Part shown: one piece after another, positions 1 through 14,336 of the stretch | Layout of the letters: each line of letters opens with the position of its first letter | Position numbering within the stretch: position 1 is the first letter of the stretch | Assembly (NCBI GenBank): GCA_051362555.1 | Contig: CM120644.1 | Span: forward strand, 21,846,534-21,910,533 | DNA: 64,000 nt | From: Lingula anatina | Lineage: Eukaryota; Animalia; Brachiopoda | Direction: 5' to 3' | Program-made: the position numbers and the translations under genes | Notes under the pieces: generated by a model | The model's input: the letters and a program-made list of their open reading frames with translations, nothing else | Told to the model about the DNA's origin: nothing | Database searches by the model: none

Positions 1-960
1 TCTGGCTGCTACCAGAGCTTTCAAGTGGCAAGGCATTCCTTAGGATAGGTTTTTAGAGTTTAATCTGGAAAAAAGTCCAGGCAACGGTCAAAACGTGTCC
101 AGTGTGGTTCAGTTTTGTTGTAGGACATGCAGTTCGTTGATTCGGAGAGTAATAACCTACCCACGTATTGTCTGTGTGGTTCAAATATGGCGATTTTGAT
201 GACCAATGTATCTGCTCAATCCCTTGGCTCTGTAAGTTATCTGCTATTAAAAGTGCTCTGTGTGAATGGGCAATCTCATCGTTTAACCTAAAATTGTTCC
301 TAAGGTACCCCCTATCAAATGATAGTCAAATGGTTCCCATATTATTCCTTTATTTCATCTGGTGTAGGTTTTCATCAATGACTACCATTGGTGTTTTGGT
401 ATTATGTTATATTATGTTATATTAATGTTGTATTCACTCCAAATACTGACGCTGTCAATGACCTACATTGGCCGTGGTCTCTGTGTAGGTACATCAGTCT
501 GGGCATAACTCCATAAAACTGTGCAGACCATTTCCAGACACAATAATCTGTCTGGTAATATCTGTCTTTTTCGTGCCATTCTGGCACAGATTAACAATTT
601 TGTAAAACATTGTTTTACTCATTTTACGAACTGCAAAACTGACCGCTTGCATGCAAAATTTCAAAATTTTCTATGCAGTAGTTACCGACATATGGATACT
701 TTTTTAACAGAATCATGCTTCGCCAAAGCCAAGCTTTGGCTAGCCCAAAGGAGCACTACCCAATTAAATCACTGCATATTACACAATGCAGCAGTGCACC
801 AGACTTGGTAGTCAGTTAATTGGTAGCGACACACCTGACTTCACACTTCTCCAGTCAGATGTTTTATGTGAGATCTGACTTTTATGAAAAAAGAACGCAT
901 TTTTACCAAGGTATACCTTTGAAACTGCAATATTTCATATTAAATGTCATGTCTGTGTAA
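1..960 (-). mobile_element. Degenerate Tc1/mariner transposon remnant
   Basis: Minus strand of about 1-330 reads as an eroded Tc1 DDE C-terminus (..AHSHRALLIADNLQSQGIEQIHWSSKSPYLNHTDNTW, cf. DNARPH..WP..SPDLNPIEN.W). A homologous, internally deleted copy lies at about 32477-33100. Confidence 0.6.
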
Positions 961-3179
961 TGCTTGATGGCTCACAATTTGACAAATAACGCAATTAACG
1001 TCAGGGGGCCAAATTGTAAGTTGCCAGTTCTAAAGGGACGAAAAAGTTGTGCAATTCAGTTCATGAAGAAAAGTAGGTCAAAAGTCAATTTGAAAGTCAC
1101 AGTATGATTACCAGTATATGACGTCCTATTCATCTTCAATAATAACTTTGTCTCTATCTCTGTCTGTTTTTGAGATATAAAAGATAAAAAATTTGCCAAG
1201 TTCAATTTTAGGCGGCACTTTTTTATTTTTCTGAATGACATCCTCTTGGGACCCTGAAATCGGTACGGTAAAAAAAAAACAGCCAAAAAAAATATATATA
1301 TACTGCTTAAGTAAAGGAAAGCTGTCAGTACACAAATTTACCACAGAAACACAAATTTACCACAGAAACACGTAGCAAACTAACACTATGTCTTTATCCA
1401 TGCTCTCAAAATATTAAAGCATTGTCAATACTTCGTAGAAAGGTAAAAAAAGTCATGAATACATATGCTGCATATTACCAAATCTATATTAAGGTTATTT
1501 TATGCATTTTGTTGGTATACCAATCAATAAAACAAATGATAAACAAACAGTGTGTCTTTATTTGTGCTCTCAGAATATTTTAAAAAGCATTATGAACACT
1601 TCACAGAAATGTTTAAAAGTCATGCAAAGAAATGCTTATAATACCAAATCTATTAAAGGTCATTTCGGTCAATGCCGTTTTGTCTATTTTGACTTGCAGG
1701 AAGCAGCCAAACTGTCGGGTGGCCTGTCCGACCTTCAGCCCACCAAATACCTCGACGCCCTTGTCGTCCCTGTTTTCGCTACAAAAAAAAAAACATGTGC
1801 TGCTTTGGACAGAATATCACTGAAATTTTCCGGGCGATAATCGCGGCCGCCGCCAGCCTTTAGTATAATTATAGAAAGGTGATATCTCCATGCCCAATAT
1901 CAATGGCATACCAATCCCAAACGACGGCCTCCTTCCTCTTTATGACTTTAATTGTCGTGTAACTTGACAGTAATCCTTGAGATGAATTTGACGGCAAAGC
2001 AGCCACTTTCCACGTGGCGATAATACGCATGCGCAGAAAGCTCATTTTCCGGCAAAATTCAATAAGGACGTTGGCGACAACCGACTTCATTGGGGTGAGT
2101 TTTTTTTTCGGAGAACGGACGAAAATCGGTGCGCGCGCAGGATGTCAACCATAAAAATAAATTGCTTCACTTTTTTCTCCCAAATTACAACGATCTGCTG
2201 ACAACTGAAAGGTGTTAGCCATACCTCAGGGCAGTGGGAGATAATGGCCGTGGTTTGAATTTGATTAAAACTGATAAAAATATATTTTGAAGGCATTTTC
2301 TAGCTTCGGGTCCCTGTCAGCACTGTCATGGTTTATATAAGCTTTTAAAATGATGATAATGTGTTCGAATTTCATGAAATAATGTCAATTTGACCAGAAG
2401 TTGTCTACCTCGCTATCTCGCTATGCCTTTTGTTATCTTTTTCAGACGTTCGATTTTTTTTGCATATTTCCATACTGCACATTTTATTTTCACCACCACA
2501 ATGTGTTTTTTTGATACAGCGTAACTCATGAACCGTATGGAAATCTAAAAAACGGACATCACCTTCTGTGTTGGCCTTGACATGATCTATCAAATGCAAA
2601 AAAAAAAAAAAAAAAAAAAAGAGGTCTCTAGCATTAGAGGTTCCAGAATTAAAGAGAGTTTTCAGTTTCGGCATCTAATGGCCGCTGTTCCCGACAAAAT
2701 GCACTGATTGACCCCAAACTCATGGAGATGAAAGATGACCCTAAAGGTAACACCTGTCAATAATATTATAGGTAACGTCTGTGTAGTTTTTGAAAATTGG
2801 CACAAATATATTTTTTTTGCAAAAAATTCCCAATTATAGAAAATTTTGGCCCGTTTCACCTTGAAATAAAGGTCGAATCCAAGGGCATAATTGAAATCTC
2901 CACATATGACTTTCGGTCAGCCATTTATAGGATTTTTTCCACAATTCCTTTGGTTTGATAGAAATTTTGCATTTTCAAATGCTAAATATCTACCAAAATT
3001 AAAATTTTGCCAATTTTGGACAATGGTGCATTGCGACGAGCGACACACCTATTCCCAAGTACCGACAAAGCCCAAAATTCACATGGATCAAGTTGAGATT
3101 ATATGTGACCTACATACAAGGGATGGAAACAGGGGCTGTTGTACATGTTGTTTAGGAGGCGAAGCGGTAGGTTAGTAAG

Positions 3180-3596
3180 TAAATAAGTTTATTAAGACAT
3201 GGCAACCAAAAGGTTGAAGTTATACGTAAAATGGAGTGAGAATAAAATATACAAATTTACAAATTAAAATATTGATATATAATACAGAATATGCGAATAG
3301 AACTTAATGAGATTAAAAAATAAATAAATAAATAAAATAAATTTTTGCACAGGGATCTGAAAGTTAGTTTAAAAGAGGATTGAGTAATGAAAATTAAATA
3401 CAATAAAGGCCAAAATGAGTTTCAAAAGTTAAACTCGGACCACTAATGGTTTAATAAAGAGAAAGGAATAAAAGTGTTTTTAAAACGCTCAGTTCTAATT
3501 TTTGGTATGCTAAACTTTGACAGGCTATTTCTTAGTCTCCTGTGTGGATTGCAGGTTAAAAGGTAGTTCAGCTTGTCTGTGTCATTTTGTATTTTT

Positions 3597-3651
<55 letters not shown>

Positions 3652-4030
3652 TTTGCAGAGTTCAAATCTGGGCTCTTATAATGTAATAAGTTTTGCTTTG
3701 GCTAGAGCATCAACATAAATTAATTCAGGGGAAATTATCCTTAGTGCCCTTGACTGGATGGATTCTATTATTTTACATTGTTCTCCAGTTAATCCAGGGT
3801 GCCACACAGGACAAGCATATCGAACCACAGTCCGAATTAAACTCTGATATACCTGAAAATGATCAGATGAGGACAGTTTAGCACGTTTTTTGCATGCTTT
3901 TTTATAGATAAAATCAACATGTTCAGACCATTTAAGATTGTTAGTAATAAAAACTCCCAACAGTTTGAAATGGGATACTTCACTGACACGAGTTCTTCTA
4001 ATATTAACTGATTGACATTTTCTCTGTGAT
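3180..4030 (-). mobile_element. 3' fragment of CR1/L2-group LINE (post-RT C-terminal region)
   Basis: ORF 3676-4092 contains KLLGVFITNNLKWSEHVD..YQSLIRTVVRYACPVWHPGLT..IESIQSRALRII; downstream minus-strand RTERFKNTFIP tail motif; frameshifted, long A run at 3599-3649. Boundaries approximate. Confidence 0.8.
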
Positions 4031-4490
4031 TGTGTAAACGTGGTGACGTGGCAACGGAGCCGGCAGACGATACCGGTCGGGGCTAAAACCATGTGTACTG
4101 CCAGCGACGCGCTGACGGTACAAATTATATAATTCTATAAATTTCCTCACTCTCAACCATGGTACATGTATAAGAGGAGGTAGCAGAAATTAAAAAGACA
4201 TTCCAAACTCCTGCTGCCTAAAAAAGTAAAGCAGTTTATCTACAAAAAATAAATATATATAAAAAATAAATAAAAATAAAATAAAAATAAAAAAAATTGA
4301 AAATTTATAAAATAAAACACCTCTACCGCAGGACATATATTTACCACAAACTCACAAACGCACAAATAAACGCATGCGCACACATTCATACGTCTTTACG
4401 CAACCTGTGTCATGTGGGATGTTATAACTGCATATTGCATCACCAGCATGCAGGTAGTCGATATTTTGATCGGCATATCACCTTGTCAAG

Positions 4491-6794
4491 ATGAAGTGGA
4501 GTGTGTGTCGTACGATGCTGAGATTTCTTTTCGTTGGTTTTTGCCTTTTTGTTATCGCATTGTACACGTACGTGGGAGGTAAGACCTTATTTCGCTCTCT
4601 CTTTCTCATGTTCTCCTACATAAAATCAAAATATTGTCTGTAAGAAGTGTACAAGTGTACAGGTGGAAAGCATAATCATCACGCGTCTGAAATATTCAAT
4701 TTTATACTCCAAGCTGCATTTAATGAATTCTAGGGCGTCTTAGGCGTGATAATACTCACCTTAAGGTTGAGGAAAAGGTAGACGAGCTCGAAGCGACTAC
4801 GATACCTATAAAAGATATAATGGCAATGATGGGAAATGGACAGAGTGAAAATGACCAGGTACGAAATCAGTGTATGCACCAAATATGGTAAGTTTTGTAC
4901 ATTGTCACAGATAAGAAATGCGAGAGATATTTTTTTAAAGATCTGTATTAAGACTGGTAATGGTATGAAAGCAAATACCTCAAGTTTTACTGGAAAAAAT
5001 ATCTTTGTTAATATTGACAAACTATATTGAAATATAATAAAAAAATAAAAAGTACACAATGAAACAACACATGCATGATTCATAAAACCTGATGTACGAA
5101 AAAAAAAAAAAAAAAAAAAAAAACGGATGTACAATATACAAACTATAAGACAATCTATGTACCAGTACAGAAATAAATTGAAATTGAAAATAATTGTTAA
5201 TACTGAAAAACTATATTGAAAGATAATAAAAAAATAATAAATAGTACACAGTGAAGCAACACATGCATGGTTCATAAAAACCTGATGTCTGAAAAAAAGT
5301 GATGTACAATATGCAAACTATAATTTACTACACGCAGTTCATTTTGACATTGCAAAACATTTTTCTCTGTATGCTACTTTCATACCATGAATCATCAATC
5401 TAGAACATGTTGTATGTCATGAACTACAACTATTTCTCTCAAGATCTAGATTATTCCATTTTCTCAAATAAACCGCACTTTGAAATGAAAAAAGTAAACC
5501 ATGAAAAAGCTGGCAGATTTTATGGAGGGTTCACACTCATTGTTTCACATAAAAATACGCTTTAGGTTTTAAAAATCGATGTTCACATTGTGAGATAGGT
5601 TAGAGGAATATAGATCATTTGTATTTTAAACATCAGTTGCTCAAAAACATCTAATTAAACCCATATAATTTGTTGCAAGCATCATTACTTCATAAATTCA
5701 AGCTGCAGATTAAAAATTCATCCCTACACATGCAAAAGAATAATCAAACGCCATAACATTGCACACTTTCTATGGATTTTAATGGGATTTTAATATGGCC
5801 TCTCTTGAATACGGATGGTGTTAAATACAAAAACGCTCATAATTACCCATGTTACTATCAATTACTAATTTTCACACTCAGTTCTTTTGTGTGCCAAGTA
5901 TACAGTTATTCATGTCAGTAGAGGGAGTGCTCCCCACGTGCACGATAGAGAACTGGCAGCAGGACATTCTATCTTATAGTGCCACCAATCTTTGCTTTGG
6001 GATTCATAGCAGGGCTTTTGGTGGGTTGGATTATGAGTAGAATGTTGTTGTCGTTTATAAAATCTCTTACCAAGCGATTACCAAGCGAAAGTTACCCTAG
6101 AATATTGCACGTGCAAATAGAATCTAATGGTTTTGTGAGATATTTCTGTACGCCACAGCTTTAAAGTTTTCTTCCAGAAGAACCGATTGGCTGGCCCCAG
6201 TAGAACAAAAACACCACAAACATGGACAGAACCCCCCTCTGCAGCCTTATTTCTTGTACATTTTGTAACATATGTCCTCCAGTGAGACGACACCGGCAGA
6301 CGGCACCGGTGTGAAAGGAATGCATGTCCCCGAGGAAAACATGTCCTGTGAACGAGCGTTCCCTGGGATGTACTGTCCTACCCGGACCTAGATTCTCATC
6401 TGTATTTACATGCAGTTAGGCCATGTATTCCTGTCGGACATAATTTCCTTTCACATAAACACAGAAACGCATGTCCTACATAATTAATGTCCGTGGCCGA
6501 ATTTCATTGGTAAGTGGACGCATAAGGGCATATGCTTTCTAGTTTCACCTAAAAATACAAATAATTAAAATGGGAAATGCGGGATCCATATGAAAGGCAA
6601 AATTGCGCTCAGAAGAATGTTAAGACAAATAGTAAAAATACATGTATAAACAATAACAGACGCATTCAATTCATCTATCAGATAATTATACACGTTTCAT
6701 TTACGGTCTCAAAGTGCATATGATGTCTCTGTAACCACAAATATTCCCAGTGATCATCAAGACGCCAAGTATGAAATGATTAATTGTCACTCGA

Positions 6795-6834
<40 letters not shown>

Positions 6835-9800
6835 AGTTCCAGGACACCTTGAATGTCACCAAGAAATGTCCAACTAGTACTTGTAAGTGTGTATATCACA
6901 AAAGGGTGGTTATTTTACACACTCGTTTTTCACCGACAAAACTGTAAGACGTATAATGTGATGCGTATAAAGGACAAAAAACATTGGTTAGAAATGGGCA
7001 AAATCCAAAGCTGTGTAGTCCAGATATACAGTTGTATGTGGATGGACGATTAACAACAATTAAGGCATTAATGTGATGTGGAGACCGAGATATTTCATAA
7101 GGTACAGTGAATGGTGCGAATCTCATATTTTTCACATTAATAGGAAATACAATGAAAATCTATATATACAACATTGGTCAAAAAGGTTGCCCCACCCCCA
7201 GTTCCATGTGCTTTTATTTATAAATGATTACATCACATCACAGGTGTTAATTGCTATGAATGGTGATTTACATTCCAAATACCATAACTAACATGATTAG
7301 TGGTACAGATAATACAAACTTGTGGGTAAGATATCCATATTTAATACCATTTATTCACATTTATTTCATGTACCCCCTCAAATCCGATGTTCCACTGCTA
7401 TTTCCACGGAGGTAAAGAAATGCCCATTTAAATTTAAATGGCACCACCAAATTTACTGACATTTAGCATTAGGGTGTGCTCGTTAAAGGCCACGTGTCTA
7501 TTAGCGTGTGTGGCTACCGTGCACTGTAATTACCTCCTGTAGACGGCGCCACTGCCTTCAACAAGAGTAACAATTCTGTTTTGTGGGATATTGCACCATG
7601 TTTCCTAAAAAGCTTGGCGGAATTGGGCCAGACTATTTGCCGCTTGGTTCTCCTCTGGATTGCACACTTCAATTCGTGCCACGGGTGCTCAGTAGGTTTA
7701 TTATCAGGATTCATAGATGGTTAGTCTAGCTTCAGAACATTGGGTTTCTTGCAACAAATCACTCACCAGACGAGAACTGTGTGCAAGCGTGCTGTCATGA
7801 TGAAGCCTGGATTACCCCCGAAGTCCCCTCTTGAAGATGGAATGAGGTATCAGTTGAGAATGTTAGGTTCAGTGACCCAGAACTACCAGAACATGGTCAA
7901 CCATTACTGGGAACAAGGTGGTTTTGCTGAAGGATCATGGTTTTTCTTGTATGCCTTCGATGGTCAAATTAGGGCCCGTAGACATGTTGCTGAAAGCATT
8001 TTAGATTGTTTGTGTAGGATAATATCGCCTGAGGTGTCAGGTCAGTCCAGGTTTGGAGAGAATACCAAGCTCATGGTTTTAGTGCATTGTTCTTTCCGGA
8101 AAAGAACGTTATTGGAGCAATTCACTGAAACGCTCTCAACAAATATATCACGTCATTTGCCAGAGGTGACTCCAGGGATATTGCAGGCGTCATCGTGGAA
8201 ATGCACTTGCTCACAAATCTCGTTTGCTGAGTGATTTGTTGCAGAAACCAAATGTTCTGAGGATGGGTCAAACACCTTTGAGCCCATGTAGTTATTAACC
8301 TAACTAAACATCTGTGGCATGAATTGAAGTGTGCAATGCAAAGGAGAATCAAACTCCTAATAATCTGGACCAACTCCCCCCAAGTCTTTAGGAAGAATGG
8401 GACAAAATCCCATAAAACAGGATGGTAACCTTTGTTGAAGGCATGCCGCGCCGCCTACAGGAGGTAATTACAGTACGCGGTAAACACAAACGCTACTAGA
8501 CAAGGAGCCTTTAACGAGCACACCCTAATGCTAAATGTGTGTAAATTTGGTGACATTCGGTGGTGTCATTTCAATTTAATGGACATTTCTTTACCTCTGT
8601 GAAAATCACAGTGAAACGACGGATTTGAGGGGGTACATGTAATAAATGTGAATAAATGGTATTAAATATTGATTTCTTCACCGCTAGTTTGTATTTCCTG
8701 TACCACTAACCAAATGTTAGTTATGGTATCTGGAATGAAAATCACCATTTATAACAATCTTCACTTGTGATGTGATCATTTATAAATAAAAGCACATGAT
8801 ACTGAAGGCGGGATAATGGATTGATGAAATGGACAGAACACGAACCCGATCGAGATAGTTTGACTTGTTTGATATCTTCCCTCTTCTTCTTATTGATTTA
8901 AAGCCTAAAACCTATTTTACGTGCAATAAACTTCAATATAAAGGCGAAATATGCGATTAAATTAAAGTATCCTGTAAATGAAAACGATTAAGTGATATAA
9001 TAGGTAAAGTGGAGAGTCCGAAAATGTGTGTGTGATTGTGTGTGTGTGTGATTGTGTGTGTGTGTGTGTGAGAGAGAGACGGAGAGAGAGAACTTAAATT
9101 TCTGCTTTAAGATTCAGTGTCTTCAGAATGTACCTGTGGTCAAACCAAGTTTAAAAACTACTGTTGATCTAAATTATGTCAAGATGAACGTCTGATTTTA
9201 TAGGCAAAGTGTGCCAGCGTAAGGAGCTCCTAGATGTCAAATAATGCAAAGCCTGGTATTACTTTCAGCAGAGCGGATTGGATGATGACGTCATTCCCGA
9301 AGAATGGCTTGAGGAAATACAAAGAAGAAAGAAACTTGTGTCCGAGGCATGCCAGAAGTATAAAACGGAAAAAACACCTTTGACAAAAGAATGGATTGAA
9401 GAAAACGGCAGTCATCTCATCGTAGAAGACCAGTATAAAATCATATATTGCCGCGTACCTAAATCTGGGAACACAAGTTGGAAGCGCATATTGCTAGCAT
9501 TGTCTGGTATTATAAACGATACTTCTATGGCTCATGGCAAAAAGGGGCTAAACCCACGTGAAGGAGTTAATAGATATTTGCATACGTTGAATACGCTGTC
9601 GTTTTCTGAAGCAAAACAAAAACTTGAGACCCACTTGAAAGTTATGTATCTTAGGCACCCCTTAGAACGATTACTTTCTGTATATCGTAATAAGTTGGAA
9701 AGAAATCCTTGGACACATGAGGGTGTCTCTTCACAAGTGGTTCCATACGTTATGAAACACTATCGCGGTGTAGAACCCATTCTTCCCGTCGGAGTGAGCA

Positions 9801-10216
9801 GAAGCCGTGGACGGATATCTGGTGTCCTTCCATCTGGAGAAGAGTTCAGTTTTCCAAAAGACGAACTTCCAAGTTGGGTACCAAAGATTACATTTGAAGA
9901 AGTCCTTCGTTATGTTGGTGACAATCCAAACTTTCTGAATGGTCATTGGGCGCCCCCAAACGATTTATGTCACCCATGCGCCATTCAATATGACGTCATA
10001 GGGTATTTTGGGACAATAAGCGAAGATGCAAACAACATTTTGAAACTAGTGCATGCGTACCCAGCTTTCAAATTTCCAAATATGTACCTTAATCCAGAAA
10101 CAACGTCTAATTTGGTGAATAGATATTATTCAAATGTATCAAAATCGACGTTGCAGAAAATTTGTCCAATTTACGCACTTGATGCAGCAATGTCGGCTGC
10201 TAATTTACGTATTTAG
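4491..10216 (+). CDS. Carbohydrate sulfotransferase (CHST8-14/HNK-1ST, Sulfotransfer_2 family), copy 1; 3 exons, ~386 aa
   Basis: Exons 4491-4578 (MKWSVCRTMLRFLFVGFCLFVIALYTYVG, type II signal anchor), 4734-4858 (stem), 9269-10216 (catalytic). All junctions GT-AG and in frame. PAPS motifs YCRVPKSGNTSWK and RHPLERLLSVYRNK, plus HW..CHPC..YD.IG. Confidence 0.9.
6306..6454. mobile_element. Small MITE-like element in intron 2 of CHST copy 1
   Basis: Imperfect inverted termini gtgtgaaaggaa...ttcctttcacat with internal repeated tgtcc motifs. Confidence 0.4.
6797..6832. repeat. (TA)n microsatellite
   Basis: Direct reading. Confidence 0.95.
7188..8812. mobile_element. Tc1-derived fold-back element with ~690-bp inverted arms
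   Basis: About 7188-7875 is the reverse complement of about 8122-8812. The arms carry the Tc1 transposase 3' end (EH.WHELKCAIQRR; right arm EGMPRRLQEVITVRG). The spacer carries a plus-strand remnant DGQIRARRHVAES. Confidence 0.8.
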
Positions 10217-11301
10217 TTAAAGATGCATTTGAAGTCGATCTTTTGTCACAAAAGCCAACCAAATGTTACCACATCCAAATAGTGTAATTTACAGGACTAC
10301 CAAAATACATTGCTTAATGTTAAAGTGATATTTGAACGTATTTTTCTGCTTGCTTTCTGTGATTTTTAGGTTACCGAAGTAGTAAGATAAGATGTTAAGT
10401 CACGGTCTTTACAAGAATAAAGTAGGTTACTGGATAGATAAGTAGCTATGTTAGATAAGATAGGTGAGATAAGCAGGTCATATTTACGATCAAAACTTAT
10501 AGAAATTGCAGTTTATAGCTCTTTTTTTGTCTGATCTTGTGATTAAATCGATTATTCTTTGGTATGTTGACATTATTTGAGTCATTAGAAACTAATAGAA
10601 AGGGTGTAAATGCGTTACTGGGAATTCACGCTCCACAAACGTTCAGTTCAAATGTACCTTTAAACTGAGTTTGCGTTCTGTTAATACGTTATTGTAATTT
10701 AATTGTCAACCGTCCGGGGACAGAAGGCCAAGCATGGATAGAACTTCACAGCAATGCCTGCACTAACGACTGCTATGTCTTTTTGCTAGCTTTTTGTTAA
10801 TTTTTTTGCTTAATTATATAATGCTAACAGCGTAATCGCCCCCAAATTTCAGGAAAATGCTAGAATATGTACTGGGCTTCAGGTCCCTTGGAGATCTATG
10901 TCTTACACTGAAAATGTCAATATTGAAAATATGTTAACTTGAAGATGAATATCTAATCAGTCTGCTTTGCTAGTCGGGCTCTATTCTTGTCGGAGTATTA
11001 CAAGAAACGCGATTTTCCTATCAGTAAAGCTCTCACAAAATAATGTTGCTGTCAATTTGATGCAATGTAATTGCAATGTAATTGTACCAAATACCATTCA
11101 AGTTTACCTACAGTTGTATGTACCGGTATTACAGGTAGCATGGACATTCAGAAAACATCTCGTGAGACTAGATAACATTTTAAGTTTATAGCTAATATGT
11201 CATCAAGACATGTAATGTACAACTGGGTATTAATTGGTGGTGGGTAGGTAAGGCAATTAGAACTTAAGAACTTCGAGAAGTGGGAATAAAGCTGTACTAC
11301 A

Positions 11302-11700
11302 AGTAACAAGGACTATGCCATTAAAAATGCTTATGTGTGAAAAGTGAAAATTCCCCCCCCCCCACACACACTAATTTGCGTAAATGTAAACTGATCATGC
11401 TCATTTTAGAAAGCAACCTGCCTCTTTACCAAACAAAACTACTCAGTAAATTTACAAACAATGATAAATAAAATAAATATGTTTAGAAGTTATGGGGCTA
11501 ACGTCACCAAAATTGTGCAAAAACCCAGAATTATCATCGTAAATATAAACCAATCATCTCGATTTTCAGAAGCAATCTGCCTCTTTGCCAATTTAAGCAG
11601 AACCACTTCGAAAAACTAAAGTAAAACAAAAGTACTGTATGGCAGTTATGGGACGATCGTCATATGTAGGACAGCGACGGCGACAGACAGATCAATCAGA
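11302..11700 (+). mobile_element. HINE/pearl-like interspersed repeat fragment between the CHST duplicates
   Basis: Starts taacaag, has an internal imperfect direct repeat (attttagaaagcaacctgcctctttacc / attttcagaagcaatctgcctctttgcc), ends in an acag-type microsatellite. Confidence 0.4.
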
Positions 11701-12196
11701 ATATGAATAAATAAAAATTAAAATTAAAAATAAAAATAAAATAAAATAAAAATTAGATAAAAATAAAAATTAAAGTCAACCAATCCCAGGAACAGCCCAA
11801 ACCCCAGGCGCACGGAAAACCCAAAGAGCCCAAATAGTCCATCCTGATTAAATATATAATTACATAAATTTCCTTCCTCAACCATGGTACATGTATAAGA
11901 GAAGATAGCAGAAATAACAAAGGCATTCCAAACTCCTGCTGCCCAAAAAAGTTAAGCAGTTCATTCTAGGTCTAACATTCAAAAAAAAAAAAAAATAAAA
12001 TAAAATAAAAAAATAAAATAAAATAAAATAAAAAAAGGACAGATATTTACCACAAACTCACAAACGCACAAATAAACGCATGCGCACACGTTCACACGTC
12101 AGTTACGTAGCCAGTGTCATGTGGGGTGTTATATTAGCATTTTCATCACCAGCATGAAAGTAGTCGTTATCTCAATCGGCATATCACCTTGCCAAG

Positions 12197-13581
12197 ATGA
12201 AGTGGAACGTGTGTCGTACGGTGCTGGGATTTCTTTTCGTTGGTTTTTGCCTTTTTGTCATCGCATTGTACACGTACATGGCAGGTAAGACCTTATTTCG
12301 CTCTCTCTTTCTCATGTTCTCCTACATAAAATCAAAATATTGTCTGTAAGAATGAATTTAAGTTTTCAAGTGTACAGCTGGAAAGCATAACCATCACGCG
12401 TCTGAAATACTCAATTTTATACTTATAAAGCGGCATTTAATGAATTCTAGGGCGTCTTAGGCGTGATACTACTCACCTTAAAGTTGAGGAAAAAGTAGAT
12501 CAGCTCGAGGCGACTACGATACCTATACATGATATAATGGCAATGATGGGAAATGGACATAATGAAAATAATCAGGTAAGAAATATGTGTATGCACACAT
12601 GCAAGATTAATACAAAACTGCAAAATATAATTTACTTCCTGCAGTTCACTTTGACATAAGGGAATTGCAAAACATTTGTCTCTGAATGCTACTTTCATAC
12701 CATGAATCATCAATCTAGAACGAACATGTTGAATGTCGTGATCTATAACGATCTATCTCAAGTTCTAGAATATTCCATGTTTTCAAATAAACCATATTTT
12801 TCAATGAAAAAAGGAAACCGTGAAACCACTCGAAGCTCGCAGATTTTATGGATGGTTTTCACGCATTATTTCACATAAAAATGTGCTTTACGTTTTAAAA
12901 GTCGATGTTAACATTGTGAGAAAGGTTAGAGGAATACGTGTGTTTTGGAAATTTGCTGAATCATGGCACAAGTTCATGGCCAAAATTTGCTATACAGCCC
13001 GTGTGTATCTCGCAACTTGTACTGCAATTGGATGTCACACTACACTACATAGTGACAGTGGAATTAGCTTGTGATTTTAGACTGTATGCAATTATATTGT
13101 CGGTGTGTCGAGTGAATATATTCACTTAAAATTAGCGTCATCTGTAATATTCATCAAAATAACATGAATCCATGTGTAAAGCTTTACATACTACTGGTAT
13201 CTAACATAGCGACCAGCTGTGAATGTAGCTGCATACCGTGTAGCACTCAAGAAGATCATTTTAAGAATATTACTGTTTGCACAACGTCAGGTATTATGTA
13301 GGTTTGTATATTCAAGCATATTTTACATTTCAGTGATTTAATTAAAAAATGATAGTTTGATTATTTCAATTAATTGCACCGTTGTCTAGTAACAACAGCA
13401 AATAAAGAGAAAATACAATTCACATTCAGCAATGTTTTAATTTGCCTTTTTTGTATGTTTAGACCTAAAACTTGCTGGGTTTTTACCACAAAATAAGTCA
13501 CTGTGTCCAAAACCTCACCAAACATAAAAAATTATTTTGTCCTACAGCAAATAACACAATTTAAAATAAAATAATGATATC

Positions 13582-13648
<67 letters not shown>

Positions 13649-14277
13649 CTAACTAAAGTTTGCGGCAACTAGTTTGCAGGAGTTTGCAAGAAATGTTTGT
13701 ATATTGCTGCTAATTTGCAGAAAATTTGAAATAACAATTTAAGTTTGCAGCAGGTTTGCAAGAAAGTCTTTATGTTCTGGCAAATTTGCGGCAAATAAGC
13801 AGCTAATTTGCAGAAAAATTGAAGCGAATTTGCAAGAATTTGCCAGAACAAAGAATTTCTGCCAGAATTTCTGTGAATGAGCGAAAGAGTTTGCGATATG
13901 CGTGATATTTTGCTAAGGGAGAGTTCCTCGAGACGTTGGGGGATGTTAAACATTGTGTACAGCCAAGTGTAAAAACTATAATTAATCTAAACGATGTCAA
14001 GATGACCTCCTGGCTTTATGGACAAAGTATTCCAGCGTAAGGAGAACCATGATGTCAAAATTTAGATATTACGTGTGTTATTGTGGACACAATATCATTG
14101 TGAAGACATTCCCATTTTCCTAGAGTGAAATATTTATAACATTTTCGTGGGGCCTGATAATAATTGACACTAGTCGCTGAGAATGCTTAGATTTTTCTCC
14201 AGATAGTAATAAAAAAATCGATTAAATACTCACCACAAACCTTTTCTTTGACCATTCGTGAACATGCAAAACACGAG

Positions 14278-14336
<59 letters not shown>

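Noticed and set aside
4730-5275. 181-aa hydrophobic minus-strand ORF
   Set aside because: Antisense to CHST exon 2 plus an AT-rich local duplication; compositional artefact.
5949-6038. Hydrophobic segment (FYLIVPPIFALGFIAGLLVGWIM) as the CHST membrane anchor exon
   Set aside because: The better-supported anchor exon is 4491-4578, conserved in copy 2; this segment has no counterpart there and weak splice signals.
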